Origin: Podarcis tiliguerta
Taxonomy: Eukaryota
Length of the DNA: 64,000 bases
Direction: 5' to 3' (one strand)
NCBI GenBank assembly: GCA_965153285.1
Contig: OZ229116.1
The position numbers were made by a program, and so were the translations under genes. Below are positions 12,865 to 25,123 of the stretch, piece after piece; within the stretch, counting starts at the first letter, position 1; every line of letters begins with the position of its first letter. The notes under the pieces are model-generated. The model worked only from the letters and a program-made list of their open reading frames with translations, was not told the origin of the DNA and did not search any database.

Positions 12865-14612
12865 CTGCACAAGGGAGGCAACAAACGAACAGGTTAAGAG
12901 GTATGGAAAAACTAGCATATGTGTTTTAAACCAGGACAGGCAATGCAATGAAATGTTTGGGGCCGCAAATGCAACTTGCCCAACACTGAGCCAGACACAA
13001 TCATCTGTTGTTTCAACCCAGCCACTCATCTTCGAATGGAGTTTGCCGCCCAAATCAAGGTTTCCACAATTCTCAACCCACAACCTGATGTCATGCAGTT
13101 CAACAACAAGAGCTTATTGTTGATCATGAGCATCACAGGTGCATCTAACAGTAACATGTGACAATAGCGCTTTGCTTTGCTTGGGAGCAGGGAGCAAAAG
13201 CAAAAGAACGCTGTAGAAAATGCTAATAGCAACTGGAACAGTAGCAATGTGCTTCCTTTCAAAAGTGTAGCTTTTCTTACACACTCGCCTGTGTTTCCAT
13301 TGTATATATTTAGGATTAGCCAGTGCCCTTTTTTGAATGCTCATTAAATTCAGTGCAGCCAACTGGAGGCAGCCAGATGTTGCTACACTCCAACAACCAG
13401 CAGCTCCAGCAGTCAGCATGGTCAACGGTCAGGGGTGATATGAATTGCAATCTAACAACCTCTGGAGGGTCCTACATCGACCTGGTCCTGTACTTATAGA
13501 TCAATCTTGTCTTCAAAGATTTTTTACAGCACAAAGAGCGTGTGTACCAAAATTCCAAACCACTCTGCACAGAAACTTCCAAGATGGCATTTTCAAAGGA
13601 ACTAGAGTTTATGAAACAGGGTCAGTGGCCATTCAACCAGATTCAGGAGAACTCCCAAGAACCGTATTCCTTCATTACTAATATTTACTCTACAAATGAA
13701 AAGTTTGTGCCCACAAATACATCCTGCTGTATGGATCTCTTTTTCTTTGGTGGGTTTTAAATAAGGCAACAGAGCAGGATGTTTAGCTATTTTCTTATTC
13801 AGCCCAGGGGAAGTTTACACAAAATGCTGGCTTGCAGCTCTGTCCTGCTCTGTCCTTTACACTATCAACAGTGCTTTGCTTATAGTGAACTGAGTACATT
13901 TCCAGTAGAATACCAGCTTGGAAAATAAGGGGATTTTTTTTTTTTTAAAGGCTTTACTCGTCCCTAACACAGCTTTAAGCTGAAACGTATTTGCAGGAAG
14001 ACAAATAGTGCATCATTCACATTTTGGGGTTGTGCAATAAATGCCACGCTAATCAAAGATATGAGAAAAGAAAGTGAATATATAATCTTGTTATGAAAAC
14101 AAGCTGTCAACATAGCTAGCCTCAGATATTGGGAAGTCAAATATTCCTCATTACGATGACTTGTGGAAATAACGTGGGGGGGGGGGGAGGACACACTGAT
14201 TTTTCTAATAAATTACTTATCCATGCGCACATACTGATGAGATTCTGGCACGCAAATACATTGACTCATGCACTTGTATGCTTCAAGTCACTGGCAGCAC
14301 CCTCAGGCAACACCCTTGTCTCTTTGGTGCTCTTGTTTAGACAAAACAGTCGCTTCGCTCTTTAGGACAACTCAAGGTCTGGTGCTCTTTTTAAAACAAA
14401 AAAACAAAACAAACCACCCACAACAATGCTCAAAAACGCAAATGACCTCCTCATGTTGTTTTAATCCTAGCGTGCAGGCATCAGAAACAGCATTGTTTGC
14501 ATGGAATCGGAAAACTTTTGTGTTTTTACAAGCCCTCTTAGCAAGGCTACAGTAATTTTTCTTTTTCGGCCATGTTAGCACTGTATTTTCAAAAAGGTAT
14601 ATTTGGTCTTAC

Positions 14613-14673
14613 CTAGAAACATCCATGTAAGTCAGATAGTTCGGAACTGGATACACATCAAGGTGAACAAGTT
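14613..14673 (-). CDS. PHLPP1: PHLPP1 exon 8 (61 nt, phase 1 to 2), LRR
   Basis: ttcacag|AA CTT GTT; (E)LVHLDVYPVPNYLTYMDVS(R); TAG|gtaaga. Translated manually. Confidence 0.94.
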
Positions 14674-14844
14674 CTGTGAAAGGAACACAATTAATATATA
14701 CCAGAAAGAAAGAAAAATCAGCAATGAAAATAATGCTCTACTTCCTATTTCCCAGGTTTGTTGTTTCCCCATCATACAAATTGTACATCGAACACAGTAA
14801 GGAATATTTAATATGGCTTAAAGGGGTCTTCAATAGAAATAGTA

Positions 14845-15071
14845 CAGTGGTACCTTGGTACTCAAACTCAATCTGTTCCGGGAGTCCATTCGACTCCTGA
14901 AACAGTTCAAAAACCAAGGCACGGCTTCCGATTGCCTGCAGGAGCTTCCTGAACTCAAGCAGAAACTGTGTTGGGACGTTCGGCTTCCAAAAAATGTTCG
15001 CAAACCAGAACACTCACTTCCGCATTTGCGGTGTTCAGGAGCCAAGCCATTCGAGTACCAAGGTACCACTG
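14845..15071. mobile_element. Tc1/mariner (Tigger-like) MITE
   Basis: TA-CAGTGGTACCTTGGTACTC...GAGTACCAAGGTACCACTG-TA. Confidence 0.87.
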
Positions 15072-16934
15072 TACACCAGATAGTGGTTTCTTCCATTTCT
15101 CCTTAGCTTCCAACAACCATAGTTCTCTGTTATTTAGGAAAGTTTTCCTTCTGCTGCTGCTTCCTAAAATCCAGTCTCAAATCAGTTCTGTGATCTGAAC
15201 TGCAAGTCCAGTAAGTTACAAAATCTGAGAGCCCAAGGAATATTTTTATCCCCAGGACTAAGACATTTTTGAGGTTTGATTCGTGTGTTTGTGATGCAGC
15301 ACTTCAGACTGCTACGAGGCAGGGAGAGAAATTCCACGATTGTGGAATTCACCACACACACACACACAACATCCACACAGAAAACATCCACATCAACAGT
15401 TAAATCCTCTTGCCAATGTCTAGTATTCTGCGGGGAGGAATTTTTCACTTTTCACGGTATAGAGAAGCATTCAATCACTGACTAACCCTGTCTGCAATGA
15501 TACAACCCAGACATAGGTTTATCTCCTGAGCGAGAACTAGGCTTATAGTAAATCAATGATTCCTCACCCAATTATTTCCCAAGGCTATTCTTCACGCAGC
15601 AACACCAGCAGCCCTTCATTGCACTGCCTTTGGTTTGTAGACAAGAAGTCTATCCTAGCACCCTCTTGACCTTACATTAAATCCTTCAACTCATGATTAG
15701 CAGCCATATCCATTTTTATGCACAGAACTAACAAAGCCTAATCCTACAATTACAACGTTCATCAGTCCAGATATCCATTGAAACAATGGTTTGGCAATGC
15801 TTGGATTTTGCTGCCAATTTCTGAAACCGATGCCACTGCTCAACTATACGGTTATGCACAGGGAAATTTAGGATGGTCTTTTCTATCTTTCATTAATCAA
15901 AAAGGGCTAAGAGGTTACACAACAAATCAATTGCCATGAACGAAGGGCCTATCTGCAGTCCAGAGGTGGGAGACGGCAGAAGAATGAAAGCTACTGCTGC
16001 CTGTTCGTAACTCACTAAGCTCAGCTGCCTACTTCAATCAATTCTTCAGTGCTTCCAGCAGAGAGAGAGAAGACCTCAAGGTCCTATGCTCAGCAGAAAC
16101 AGCTTTATGCAAAAGACAGTTGTGCAAATCCACTTTATTTGCATAATTTATACAAGTGGACTTTTTTTGGCCTGAGGGTTGTTCTCGCTGCAGAAAAAGC
16201 TTAGCCCACTCTGAAAACCAGAGCAAGGGACAACAGGCTTTCCTGTTACATGTGTCATGATGAAGTCCAAAGGAAACTAAAAAAAGAAATGATACAACAA
16301 AGAGGCATGTGGCACCTTAAAAACTAAAAAATGTTAATATGGCATAAGCATTCGTCAGACGCATGGGATGTGAACCTCAGTTTTCAGGCAGATGTATGTA
16401 CATACAAATGTACACAGATGTTAAGGGGGGAGGAATGTAAAAGGTTGGAGATAAATGGCAACGGAACGTGAAAATATAGCCTGTGACGGAACTTAAATGC
16501 ATGCTAAATGGTCTTTCCCAGCAGCAGTAGTTGGTGACAACCATCAGAGAATTGTTGAGTAAATTAACACCAATGTAGGGAATCCAAAAACCTTAAATTT
16601 TGCAGTAGGCATCAGACAGGCAGCATACTTTGTCTTGAAATTATCGGTTACCTATGGTACGTTGTCATCTTCATAGAAAGTCCAGGCCAATCGCTCCAGT
16701 AATTCAGTACCATATATGTGAGGTAAGCTGAATGTTTAAAATGCACAGTATGAATGCATTATTATTCATTTCTGACTGACACTGGCATGTTGGTCCTCTA
16801 AATGGTTTGTATCGCGCTTGTGCGCTAGGGGCTGGATGAATCCTGAACCTAAACACAGCATTCAAATCCACTGTAAGACGAGCAGACCAGAAAACACCTA
16901 GTCCTTGTCTGAACTGCCTTCAAAGCGAACGTAC

Positions 16935-17137
16935 CATTTGAAGTGGCGTAAAGAGCTTTAAGCAAATATCCGCTGATTTTGAGGCTGACCAGCTGGTTTC
17001 TTTCACAGTGCAGTATTTCAACGTTGTTGAAGATGGTGGCGTCGAGCTCGCCTAGTTTATTGTCCCGAAGATCGAGCTGGGTGACGTGATGTAGGAAATC
17101 AGCGCCGTCCGCCATCAACCTCCTAATGACATTTAAC
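16935..17137 (-). CDS. PHLPP1: PHLPP1 exon 7 (203 nt, phase 2 to 1), LRR
   Basis: ctccag|G TTA AAT; LNVIRRLMADGADFLHHVTQLDLRDNKLGELDATIFNNVEILHCERNQLVSLKISGYLLKALYATSN(E); ATG|gtacgt. Confidence 0.96.
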
Positions 17138-17514
17138 CTGGAGTAAGAGAGGGAGGAAAAGAATTGTGCTGTTGATGGGCGTATGTCAGCAAGAGGTTGG
17201 AAAGCCGAAGTTTTGGCTCTAAAACTATCATTTTCTCAGTGTCCCAAGTAAAAATGAAATACAAGCCCAAAATCTGGTGCTCAAATGGGCCCTGTTTTTA
17301 TGAAAAGCTCATAGTGACTTACATGGAGGTCTCCAATGGTCTCCCTTCCAACATTTATTATTAACTAACGCTACATCTTCAAGCACTCCCTAGGTCATAC
17401 ACTAGACCCTTTCGCGGAAAATCTTGGAACCCACCACTGATAGGTTGTGAGGCAAACAGCATGAACTGCTCCCAAGTATCTGTCCCTCATTTCGCTGGAG
17501 CATTAGAGGATGCT

Positions 17515-17655
17515 GAAAGATAGCTCGGTTGGTAGAGCACGAGACTCTTAATTTCAGGGTCAAGGGTTTGAGCCCCATGGTGGGTGAAAGATTCCTGTAT
17601 TGACGGAGTTGGAATAAATGATCCTTGTGGGCCCTTCCAGCTCTGCAGTTCCATA
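17515..17655 (+). mobile_element. tRNA-Lys-derived SINE with CR1-like tail (Squam2 type)
   Basis: TAGCTCGGTTGGTAGAGCACGAGACTCTTAAT head joined to a GATTCCTG..GGTTGGA..ATGATCC CR1-like end; related copies near 33215 (+), 2090, 55290 and 59450 (-). Confidence 0.72.
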
Positions 17656-19280
17656 AACTAGCAGGTTGCATTTTTATCATCATTTTTGCAGTTTTGCTAC
17701 TGGAGATGGTGCCTATGCAAAATGAAGCTCGATACTGCTCTGATTAGTTCTGAACTGGTTGCAGCCAAAGTGGGGTTCCGTTCAGCTTAACCATATGCCT
17801 CCTTCTTGCAATCAGGACGTATGCTGAATAATCCCAGCCAATGAAAACATGCATTTTCCAAAGTGCAGCGAACATCAACATTCACATATGAACGTCAACA
17901 ATCCCAGATCACTTTACCACTGTCAACATTAATTGATGGTGTATGACTGACAAAGAGGGAGATATACACCAGTGTATGCTGACAACTCTTACTTTGAGTG
18001 GATGTTAGTACTTGGCGCATTTCTGAGATTTTGCTTATACACAAAATTCTTCCGGGATTGCAGATGTTCAAATGGGAATGCGACATTCCCCAAACTTAGG
18101 ACTTCCACTATAATATATGAATACCTTCATAGACTAAAGCACTGCTTTGAATTCCTCAGAGGATAAAAAAGTGGGGAAGAGGGATTTATAAACATGAAGC
18201 TCTGCACATATTCCAAGTTCTCCATTTGGGCAAGGCATTATAATAAAAGTTTACATCCCACCCAAATCCCAACACTTGACAATGGTGAGGTGATGCAATA
18301 GGTCAGTATTTTATATTTGGGGTGGGTCACCCAAACCCATACATGCACATATTACAAATCATGGCAGCTCGCGAGAACTTGTCCTGCCCAGTCCTTGACT
18401 TGCTGCAGAAACAAAGGTGATCTATAAAAAGCAGCCACCTGTACCATTTCATTGCACTCTGAAGAGTTCAGTTTTATTTTCAGTGCTGAGCTGACAAGAT
18501 CGATTAAATCACACAATCAGTAGAATGCTTTGGGGTGCAATGAAAGCTCTGGAAGGACCAGGACTGCGCTTCTTTCTTTTTTTAAGTGCTCTCATCCCTA
18601 GATTACACCATATGCCATCTTCTAGCATGCATAAGTTAACTCCTCAACCTGCTCTAACTCCTTAACCCATTAAAACACAGCCATCAAATCTATGAGCACT
18701 TTAAGAATTTTGTATGATATATACATTGTTTTAAATGTTGTATTTTTTAAATAAAAAAATTTCTATTCAGTTTGGATGGGGCGAAGAGAAGGCCCCACCC
18801 ATCAGCAGATGTCATTGGTGACATCAGTTGATAGCTAAAGGGGCATGGTTTAGGGAAAATGGCCCCATGGGCCAAACCAGACCTTTTGGCAGGCCAAAAC
18901 TGGCCCACAGGTCCTATCCTTGAGGTAAGGGATTGAATCTTTCATGTACAAGGTCAACAGTATTTGCATGAAGAAGAGTAATTATTTCTGGTTGGTTAAA
19001 ACAGTCTATTTCTCAATTTTGCATGCTAATGTAATAATATGACAACTAAACACTGCCAAACCTGCATTTACTATAGAGGAAGTCACTCTTAATTTGATTG
19101 CTTGCGTGAAAAAAGAAGCAGAGATATTTAACAAACATCACCCCTAGCACTGAATGCCCTTGCTCGCAAGTTCAGCATCTCCATATGAAATTTGTGACCA
19201 GTCATAGCCAGTATCTTGAAACGATGCGGACAGCCATCTTCACTCTTGAGTTTCACCCATTCTCTCGCAAGGTTACGTAC

Positions 19281-19511
19281 CTTAGATCTACATGCTTGAT
19301 GTGTGGCATTCTGTTCAGCGCCTGCAAGCAGAGCGTTTCCATGCAGTTTCCAGACATACAGAGTTTGTCCATGGCAGGCAGCTTCTCTAACACCTCAGGG
19401 ATGCTGCTGAACTCGTTGAAAGAAAGACCCAGGTAGTTAAGCTGGGGCATCCTTTCCAACTCAGCGGGAAGGCTCTGGAGGAAGTTCCCATCCAACAAGA
19501 AGGTCTGTAAG
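19281..19511 (-). CDS. PHLPP1: PHLPP1 exon 6 (231 nt, phase 2 to 2), LRR
   Basis: caatag|C TTA CAG; LQTFLLDGNFLQSLPAELERMPQLNYLGLSFNEFSSIPEVLEKLPAMDKLCMSGNCMETLCLQALNRMPHIKHVDL(R); AAG|gtacgt. Confidence 0.96.
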
Positions 19512-19597
19512 CTATTGAAGAGAAGAGGAGGTTGTCAACAGCAGCATTAAACCCTCCCAAAAAAAACAACTCTTTATAAACATGTATTGCAGCAACT

Positions 19598-19989
19598 CCA
19601 AAGGACCTTCTGGCAGTTCCCCTGTTGTGAGAAGTGAGGTTACAGTAAGGCCACCCTGGATTTACAAATCAGTCCCCTGACAAAATCCTACCATTCCTAT
19701 TGAAGTTGAAAAGTGTCCCCGGATTCATTGAAAAAAATCTGGTAACCTTAGGTTACAGGGAACCGGGCAGAGGGCCTTCCTGATAGTGGCACCCGCCCTG
19801 TGGAATGCCCTCCCATCAGATGTCAAACTGATAAACGACGACACAACTTTTAGAAGACACCTGAAGGCAGCCCTGTATCGGGAAGCTTCTAATGTGGGAT
19901 TGCTCTGTTGTGTTATTGTATATCCTGTTGTAAGCCAGCCAGAGTGGCTGGGGCAACTGAGTGAGATGGATGGAGCACAATCAATCAAT

Positions 19990-20033
<44 letters not shown>
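19598..20033 (+). mobile_element. L2 LINE 3' end with (TAA)n tail, interrupted by a hAT MITE
   Basis: APALWNALPSDVK..TTFRRHLKAALYREA is the typical L2 ORF2 C-terminus; microsatellite tail at 19991-20033. Confidence 0.85.
19646..19750. mobile_element. 105-bp hAT MITE nested in L2
   Basis: TIRs TAAGGCCACC / GGTAACCTTA; perfect 8-bp TSD GGTTACAG at 19638-19645 and 19751-19758. Confidence 0.85.
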
Positions 20034-20034
<1 letters not shown>

Positions 20035-20274
20035 CTGCCATATTCTGGACCCCAGTGAAGGTGCTAGTATATAAGAGTTTTTCACAGCTTAAGTCCTCTG
20101 TATGTGAAGAAGTGAATCATACACCGGCACTTTTGCTGGCCGTTACAGATTTAGTTGTGCTTAGGCGTTTAGCACACACGTTTGCCATGACTCAGGCATC
20201 GTTGACCCAGGCTAACCCCCTGGGAGGAGTCGGTGCACTCAGGGTTCATGCTGCCCTTGGCCATCTGTACCTAC

Positions 20275-20421
20275 TTGTTCATATCACCGACGGCTGCTGG
20301 AATACTTCTGAGTGCATTGCAGGACACGTTGAGCTCAGTCAAGGTTGGAATGCTGCAGACTGCCAATGGGAACTCTCCTAAATGATTGTTGGAAAGGTTA
20401 AGGCTTCTCAGTTTGCTGAAC
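20275..20421 (-). CDS. PHLPP1: PHLPP1 exon 5 (147 nt, phase 2 to 2), LRR
   Basis: ttgtag|G TTC AGC; FSKLRSLNLSNNHLGEFPLAVCSIPTLTELNVSCNALRSIPAAVGDMN(N); CAA|gtaggt. Not in the ORF track; translated manually. Confidence 0.95.
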
Positions 20422-22302
20422 CTACAATTGGGGTAGAGGGGGGGAGAGGAGAGAAGGAGTAAAACAAAACAATAAATTGCGTATTAAATTAAGGTCATGT
20501 TATGCAGAAGAAATGAACTACCCATAGACTGTCACCAAGCGGCTGCTTAAGCCACACAGATTTATTTTCCGCAGCACTAAGAAAACAATTAGCAATAAGA
20601 TGCTGGAAGATCTTCAGTATTAATGGTATTCTCTACCAAAGTGTTTCCTCAATGCCAAAAGTTGTAGACTTAGGAGGGGAAAATATAGCTGGGTGTGATC
20701 AAGGGGTTTGCAATAGCATCCTGAAAACCCCAGGCATTTACAATTAGAAAATCAGTCGCAGCTCAAATATGTCCTACAAAGTAGGCAAGCTTGCAGAGTT
20801 TTAAATGCAGTTATTTAAATCTCTGTGCCTATCTTGCATCAGCAGCCATTGATCATGCCAGTAGTATAGCTGGCGCAAAACTGGAGACACACAAATTCAG
20901 AATTATTTCCCCCCAATTATTATTCTCTTAACTGGGAAAGGATGAATACTTGGAGCAACCTTGACAAAGACTTCCTTGACAGTATGTACAGACACCTAAG
21001 GCAACACATCTCGGAGTCAAAATGATTATTTTTTTCCTGAAGGACAGAAATTTCTCCTGGTGTTTAGTATAAATCCTACTTTCCTGCAATTCAGCCTTAT
21101 AGAAGTACCCTTAAAGGACTACAAAGGTGCTATTTATTTCAATATATACCATGATAAGTTACCATTTGTATTTACCACCCCTAGTTCCAAAATGTTCTGG
21201 AAAGTGATCAGCCCTCAATAATTTTTGTTTTATCAGCAAACAAGCTGCACAGACAAACACCTTTTCTGAAGATGGCAGCTGTGTTGCCCCTTCTGCAGAA
21301 AAAACAGCGAAGATTCTCACAGCACTGTAAACAAGCACCTAAAACCAAGAAATCAGCCATCTTCCCATTTGTGAAAGGTTGCATAGCTGGCCACATGGTG
21401 TTGATTTTTAATCACCAGAAAGTAGCATTTACAAGCTTTTGTTTTAATGCCCTGTGCTTCATTTATCCCAAAGTTTTGCTAAAAACCTGTTCAAACTTTT
21501 GTCAAGTTTCTGCCTGCAATCGTGAGAGCTAGAAACCCATTCTATTTTTAAAAATGCAATCTCAGTTTGTCACCATGTAGTGGCAGGTTCTGCAATCTGA
21601 GAAATATTCCATGATCTGCAGCACAACCATAGTCTTGAAAATCCCTACACACCCCCCCCCCCCCAATGTAAACCAATTGTACTAAATTATAAGTCTCATG
21701 GAGGTGTGTGGATTTAAGGGCTTTTTGAGCAGAAAATATGCACTGCATCGCTTCGCTCTTTTTGTCTGTCCTGACTTTACAATCAGACAGAAAATCCTCA
21801 CCAGAAGCTTTCGAATTTCAGTAAAGCCAGCAAGTGAATCACTGTTAAGTTTTCAATTAGCAGCACTTGTCAGAAAGCAGTTTCTTAGCACCTTGATTAG
21901 ACATCTCTCACCCTGTGTAACTGCTCTTTAAAAAAGTAAACTAATTCCATACGGGTTTTTTTGGTTTTGTTTTTTTTAAAAGCTTCCCTTGGAAAGGGGA
22001 AATTATTCTTTAATTCCTCCTTGGTGATCCCAACATCCCCAAAGCAGAACTTGGCCCTGAACTTAGGCCCATCTTGATTGCAAGAAAAGAGGGGAGGGGG
22101 GAAAAACGTGAAGTGATTACACAAGGAAGAAAGGGAACAATCCAAGCCTGCATGTGCAGCCACATTGTTCAGGTTGCCTAACAACAGGGAGTAGGGTGTG
22201 TGTGTGTGCTTGCAGGCAAGCAGCTAAAGGGCTGAATGCAAAGATCTGTGTCAACTTCAGATGGATGAGAGGAAGCTCTTTTCCTGACGAAGTTCACTAG
22301 AG

Positions 22303-22438
22303 CAGCATTTCCCAACCTTGGGCCTCCAGCTGTTTTTGGACTACAACTCCCATAATCCTCAGCTAGCAAGACCAGTGGTCAGGGATGATGGGAATTGTAG
22401 TTCGAAAACAGCTGGAGGCCCAAGGTTGGGAAACACTG
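22303..22438. mobile_element. Palindromic hAT MITE (same family)
   Basis: Hairpin; perfect TSD CACTAGAG at 22295-22302 and 22439-22446. Older copies lie near 11305, 33500, 46095, 62390 and 63945. Confidence 0.85.
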
Positions 22439-23139
22439 CACTAGAGGGCTTTGTTTTCCCTTCATTCAATCTCCTCCCAGTGCATGATGGGAGTGAGGGA
22501 GAGTCATGGCATATACACACCCATAAGAACAGAGGCAATCACAATATCCATCAAGCATTGATACCACATCCCAAAAGCACCTGCAGTCAGAGGACTCCCC
22601 CAAGGATAGCATCCTTCCTGCCCACCCACCACCAACAGACCTAGGCCAAGAAATTCCTTGGGAAGAATGGAGCTCAGCATTGGTAACCGGGCTGATCCAC
22701 AAAATCCAGCTCAGGAAAAACTGCTTAGAACAGCCACTGCTTATTAGTCAGAAAACAAGGGGCATTTTCTTAAAAAATAAAGAATTCCCAAAATGGTCCT
22801 GAGAACTTCTAGGACTCACAAAATGTTGAAGCTATAGAATTTAGAAAACACTAGAATTAGCCATTATCTAAAGAGAGAACTGTCTGGGTGGTATTGAATG
22901 CTGAACTCCTATCTTTGCTGATGCCATTTGTTGTGGTGAGAAGGTCAAACAAATGAGGAAATCGAAGCTAAATAGGTTGCCATTCCTTGATGACAAACAT
23001 CAACGCTCCAGCCATTTTTCCCCACAGTTTTTTTTTGTTATAGTAAAAATATCTAAACAGAAAATATTAGTGCATATTGTTACAAACATGAAAAAGTTTA
23101 GCTGTGACCCTGCCTACCCAAACACTATTTGTAAGTCCA

Positions 23140-23347
23140 TTCTTAAACCAAAGCATTCTTAAACCAAGGCGTGCTTTCCCATAGCAGCGGGGGACTCAAT
23201 TTACAAATGGAGCACACTCAACAGAAAGAGGAACATGTTCTGCTTCCAAGGCAAAGTTCACAAACCAAAACACCTACTTCCAGGTTTGCAGCGTTCTTAA
23301 TCCAAGTTGTTCATAAACTAAGCTGTTCTTGAACCAAGGTACCACTC
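23140..23347. mobile_element. Partial Tc1/mariner MITE
   Basis: Only one TIR (AACCAAGGTACCACTC-TA) is retained. Confidence 0.6.
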
Positions 23348-24875
23348 TACTCTAAAATCTAAGCTCCATCTTTCTTTCATCTCTCTCATACCTGCTCATA
23401 AACAAGATGCCGTAAAGATTTTGGGAGTAATCCCTTCATTGTGTGAACTGCACCGAGGATTCTTTTTTACAGATTTGTTACCTCGCGATTCACTTCATAA
23501 GGTCTTATTCATTGGCCGAAGCATTGTCTCATTTCAAAGAAGGGTAATAAAGGAGGTCTGCCCGACTCCCACACATGAGCTGTCCACCCCGCGCAGGGCA
23601 GTGATGCCCTCTATTCTACCACACTGAATTCATGCCTCTCTCACATGCTAAAAATTTCCAGTGTCAAGTTTATCGGGAGAAATTTTTATCTTTCACCTTT
23701 CCCCAACCTGAAAGAAGAGCTGTTACAATAGGATTGTTCTTTTCATCACAAACACACATTTCTCTTTTGAACCATAAAAGGGCCTGTAATGGAATTCCTC
23801 CACAACTCTGCTCTAAATCTCAAGCCAACTTGCATGGGGTGCCCATGAAACATGGCAGTATAGCTACCATCTGAGCTGCATAGTCGTAAACTGAGATTTA
23901 TTCATTCCTCTGTTTTCCGATACAAAAGAATCACCCAAGATACCGCTGAACAACGACCAGTGTTTATGAAAGCTTCTAAATTTATATTGCCAACATGTCA
24001 GTGTGTTCACATATAAAAAGTGAGGTTAAGTTAATGGAGTGAGGACTCCATTCATGGTAAGAAATATCTTAACAGCCACAATATGAACTTCCTAAGTTGT
24101 AGGCTCAGTGGTAGAACATCTGCTTTGCACTCAAAACGTCCCCAGATTCATCTTCTGTCATCTCTAGGAATAAAAGCGTCTCCCCAGTTATGGGGGGGTT
24201 ACGTTCCTGGGTACCGTGTGTATATGTGAAACAGTGCATAGTGAAGAACACAATCTAAAAAGCCTGTAAATACTCCTCTAAACCTCTGAAAACCCACAAC
24301 CGCTCCCTCCAAACCTCCTTTCTCAAAAACTCCAACTATCCACAGGCCTCAAAGGTCAGTGCAAAGGCTCATGGGATCACAGTTGCAAAGGCTCCTGGGA
24401 CTGCTGGCCGTTTTCCTGCTCCTTTGCACCCTTTTCCTGCACTTTTCGGACTCTCTTTGCGCCTTTCAGCAGTTTAAATCAGTTTATTTAATTTATTTCC
24501 CAGCGTTGTGCAATATACGGTCATGTGCGACTCAAACTCATGCAGGTAGAGAGACACCTGTATCTGCTCTCTGAAATGCTGGAGAGCTGCCGAAATTCTG
24601 TGAGCTAGATGAATCAACTGTGTAAGGCTTATCAGGTTTTTCTCATTGTAGTACTTGGGGAGTTCCCTATGAACCACAATGAAAAAAATGGGTATTTTAG
24701 GTTTTTCCAGCCATTCTGACCAGCAAAAACAGAACAGCCAAGACATTCAATTTTGAGTCATACAAAAAGAAAAGTGCTGTTGTTATGTCTCAATAAGTCA
24801 CTAAAATGGATTGGGCAAGGGCAGCCATTTGCTTTTGGAAGGAATCAGAAGACTGAATGGTCTGGCGGACCACCT

Positions 24876-25123
24876 GAGAGCCAGTGTGGTGTAGTGGTTA
24901 AGAGCGGTAGTCACGTAATCTGGGTAACCGGGTTCGCGTCTCCGCTCCTCCACATGCAGCTGCTGGGTGACCTTGGGCCAGTCACAGTCTCTCAGCCCCA
25001 CTCACCTCACAGAGTGTTTGTTGTGGGGGAGGAAGGGAAAGGAGAATGTTAGCCGCTTTGAGACTCCTTAAAGGGAGTGAAAGGCGGGATATCAAATCCA
25101 AACTCTTCTTCTTCTTCTTCTTC
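24876..25123 (+). mobile_element. Squam3-type SINE with (TTC)n tail
   Basis: GAGAGCCAGTGTGGTGTAGTGGTTAAGAGC tRNA head, CORE-like GGGTGACCTTGGGCCAGTCAC, L2-like 3' end and TTC tail. Confidence 0.8.

Noticed and set aside
16295-16365. Possible Penelope pLTR remnant (TGTGGCACCTTAAAAACTAA..GGCATAAGC) in reverse orientation
   Set aside because: Too short and degenerate to call by eye.
17515-17590. tRNA-Lys-like sequence (also near 33215)
   Set aside because: Degenerate stems fused to a CR1-like tail indicate a SINE head, not a tRNA gene.
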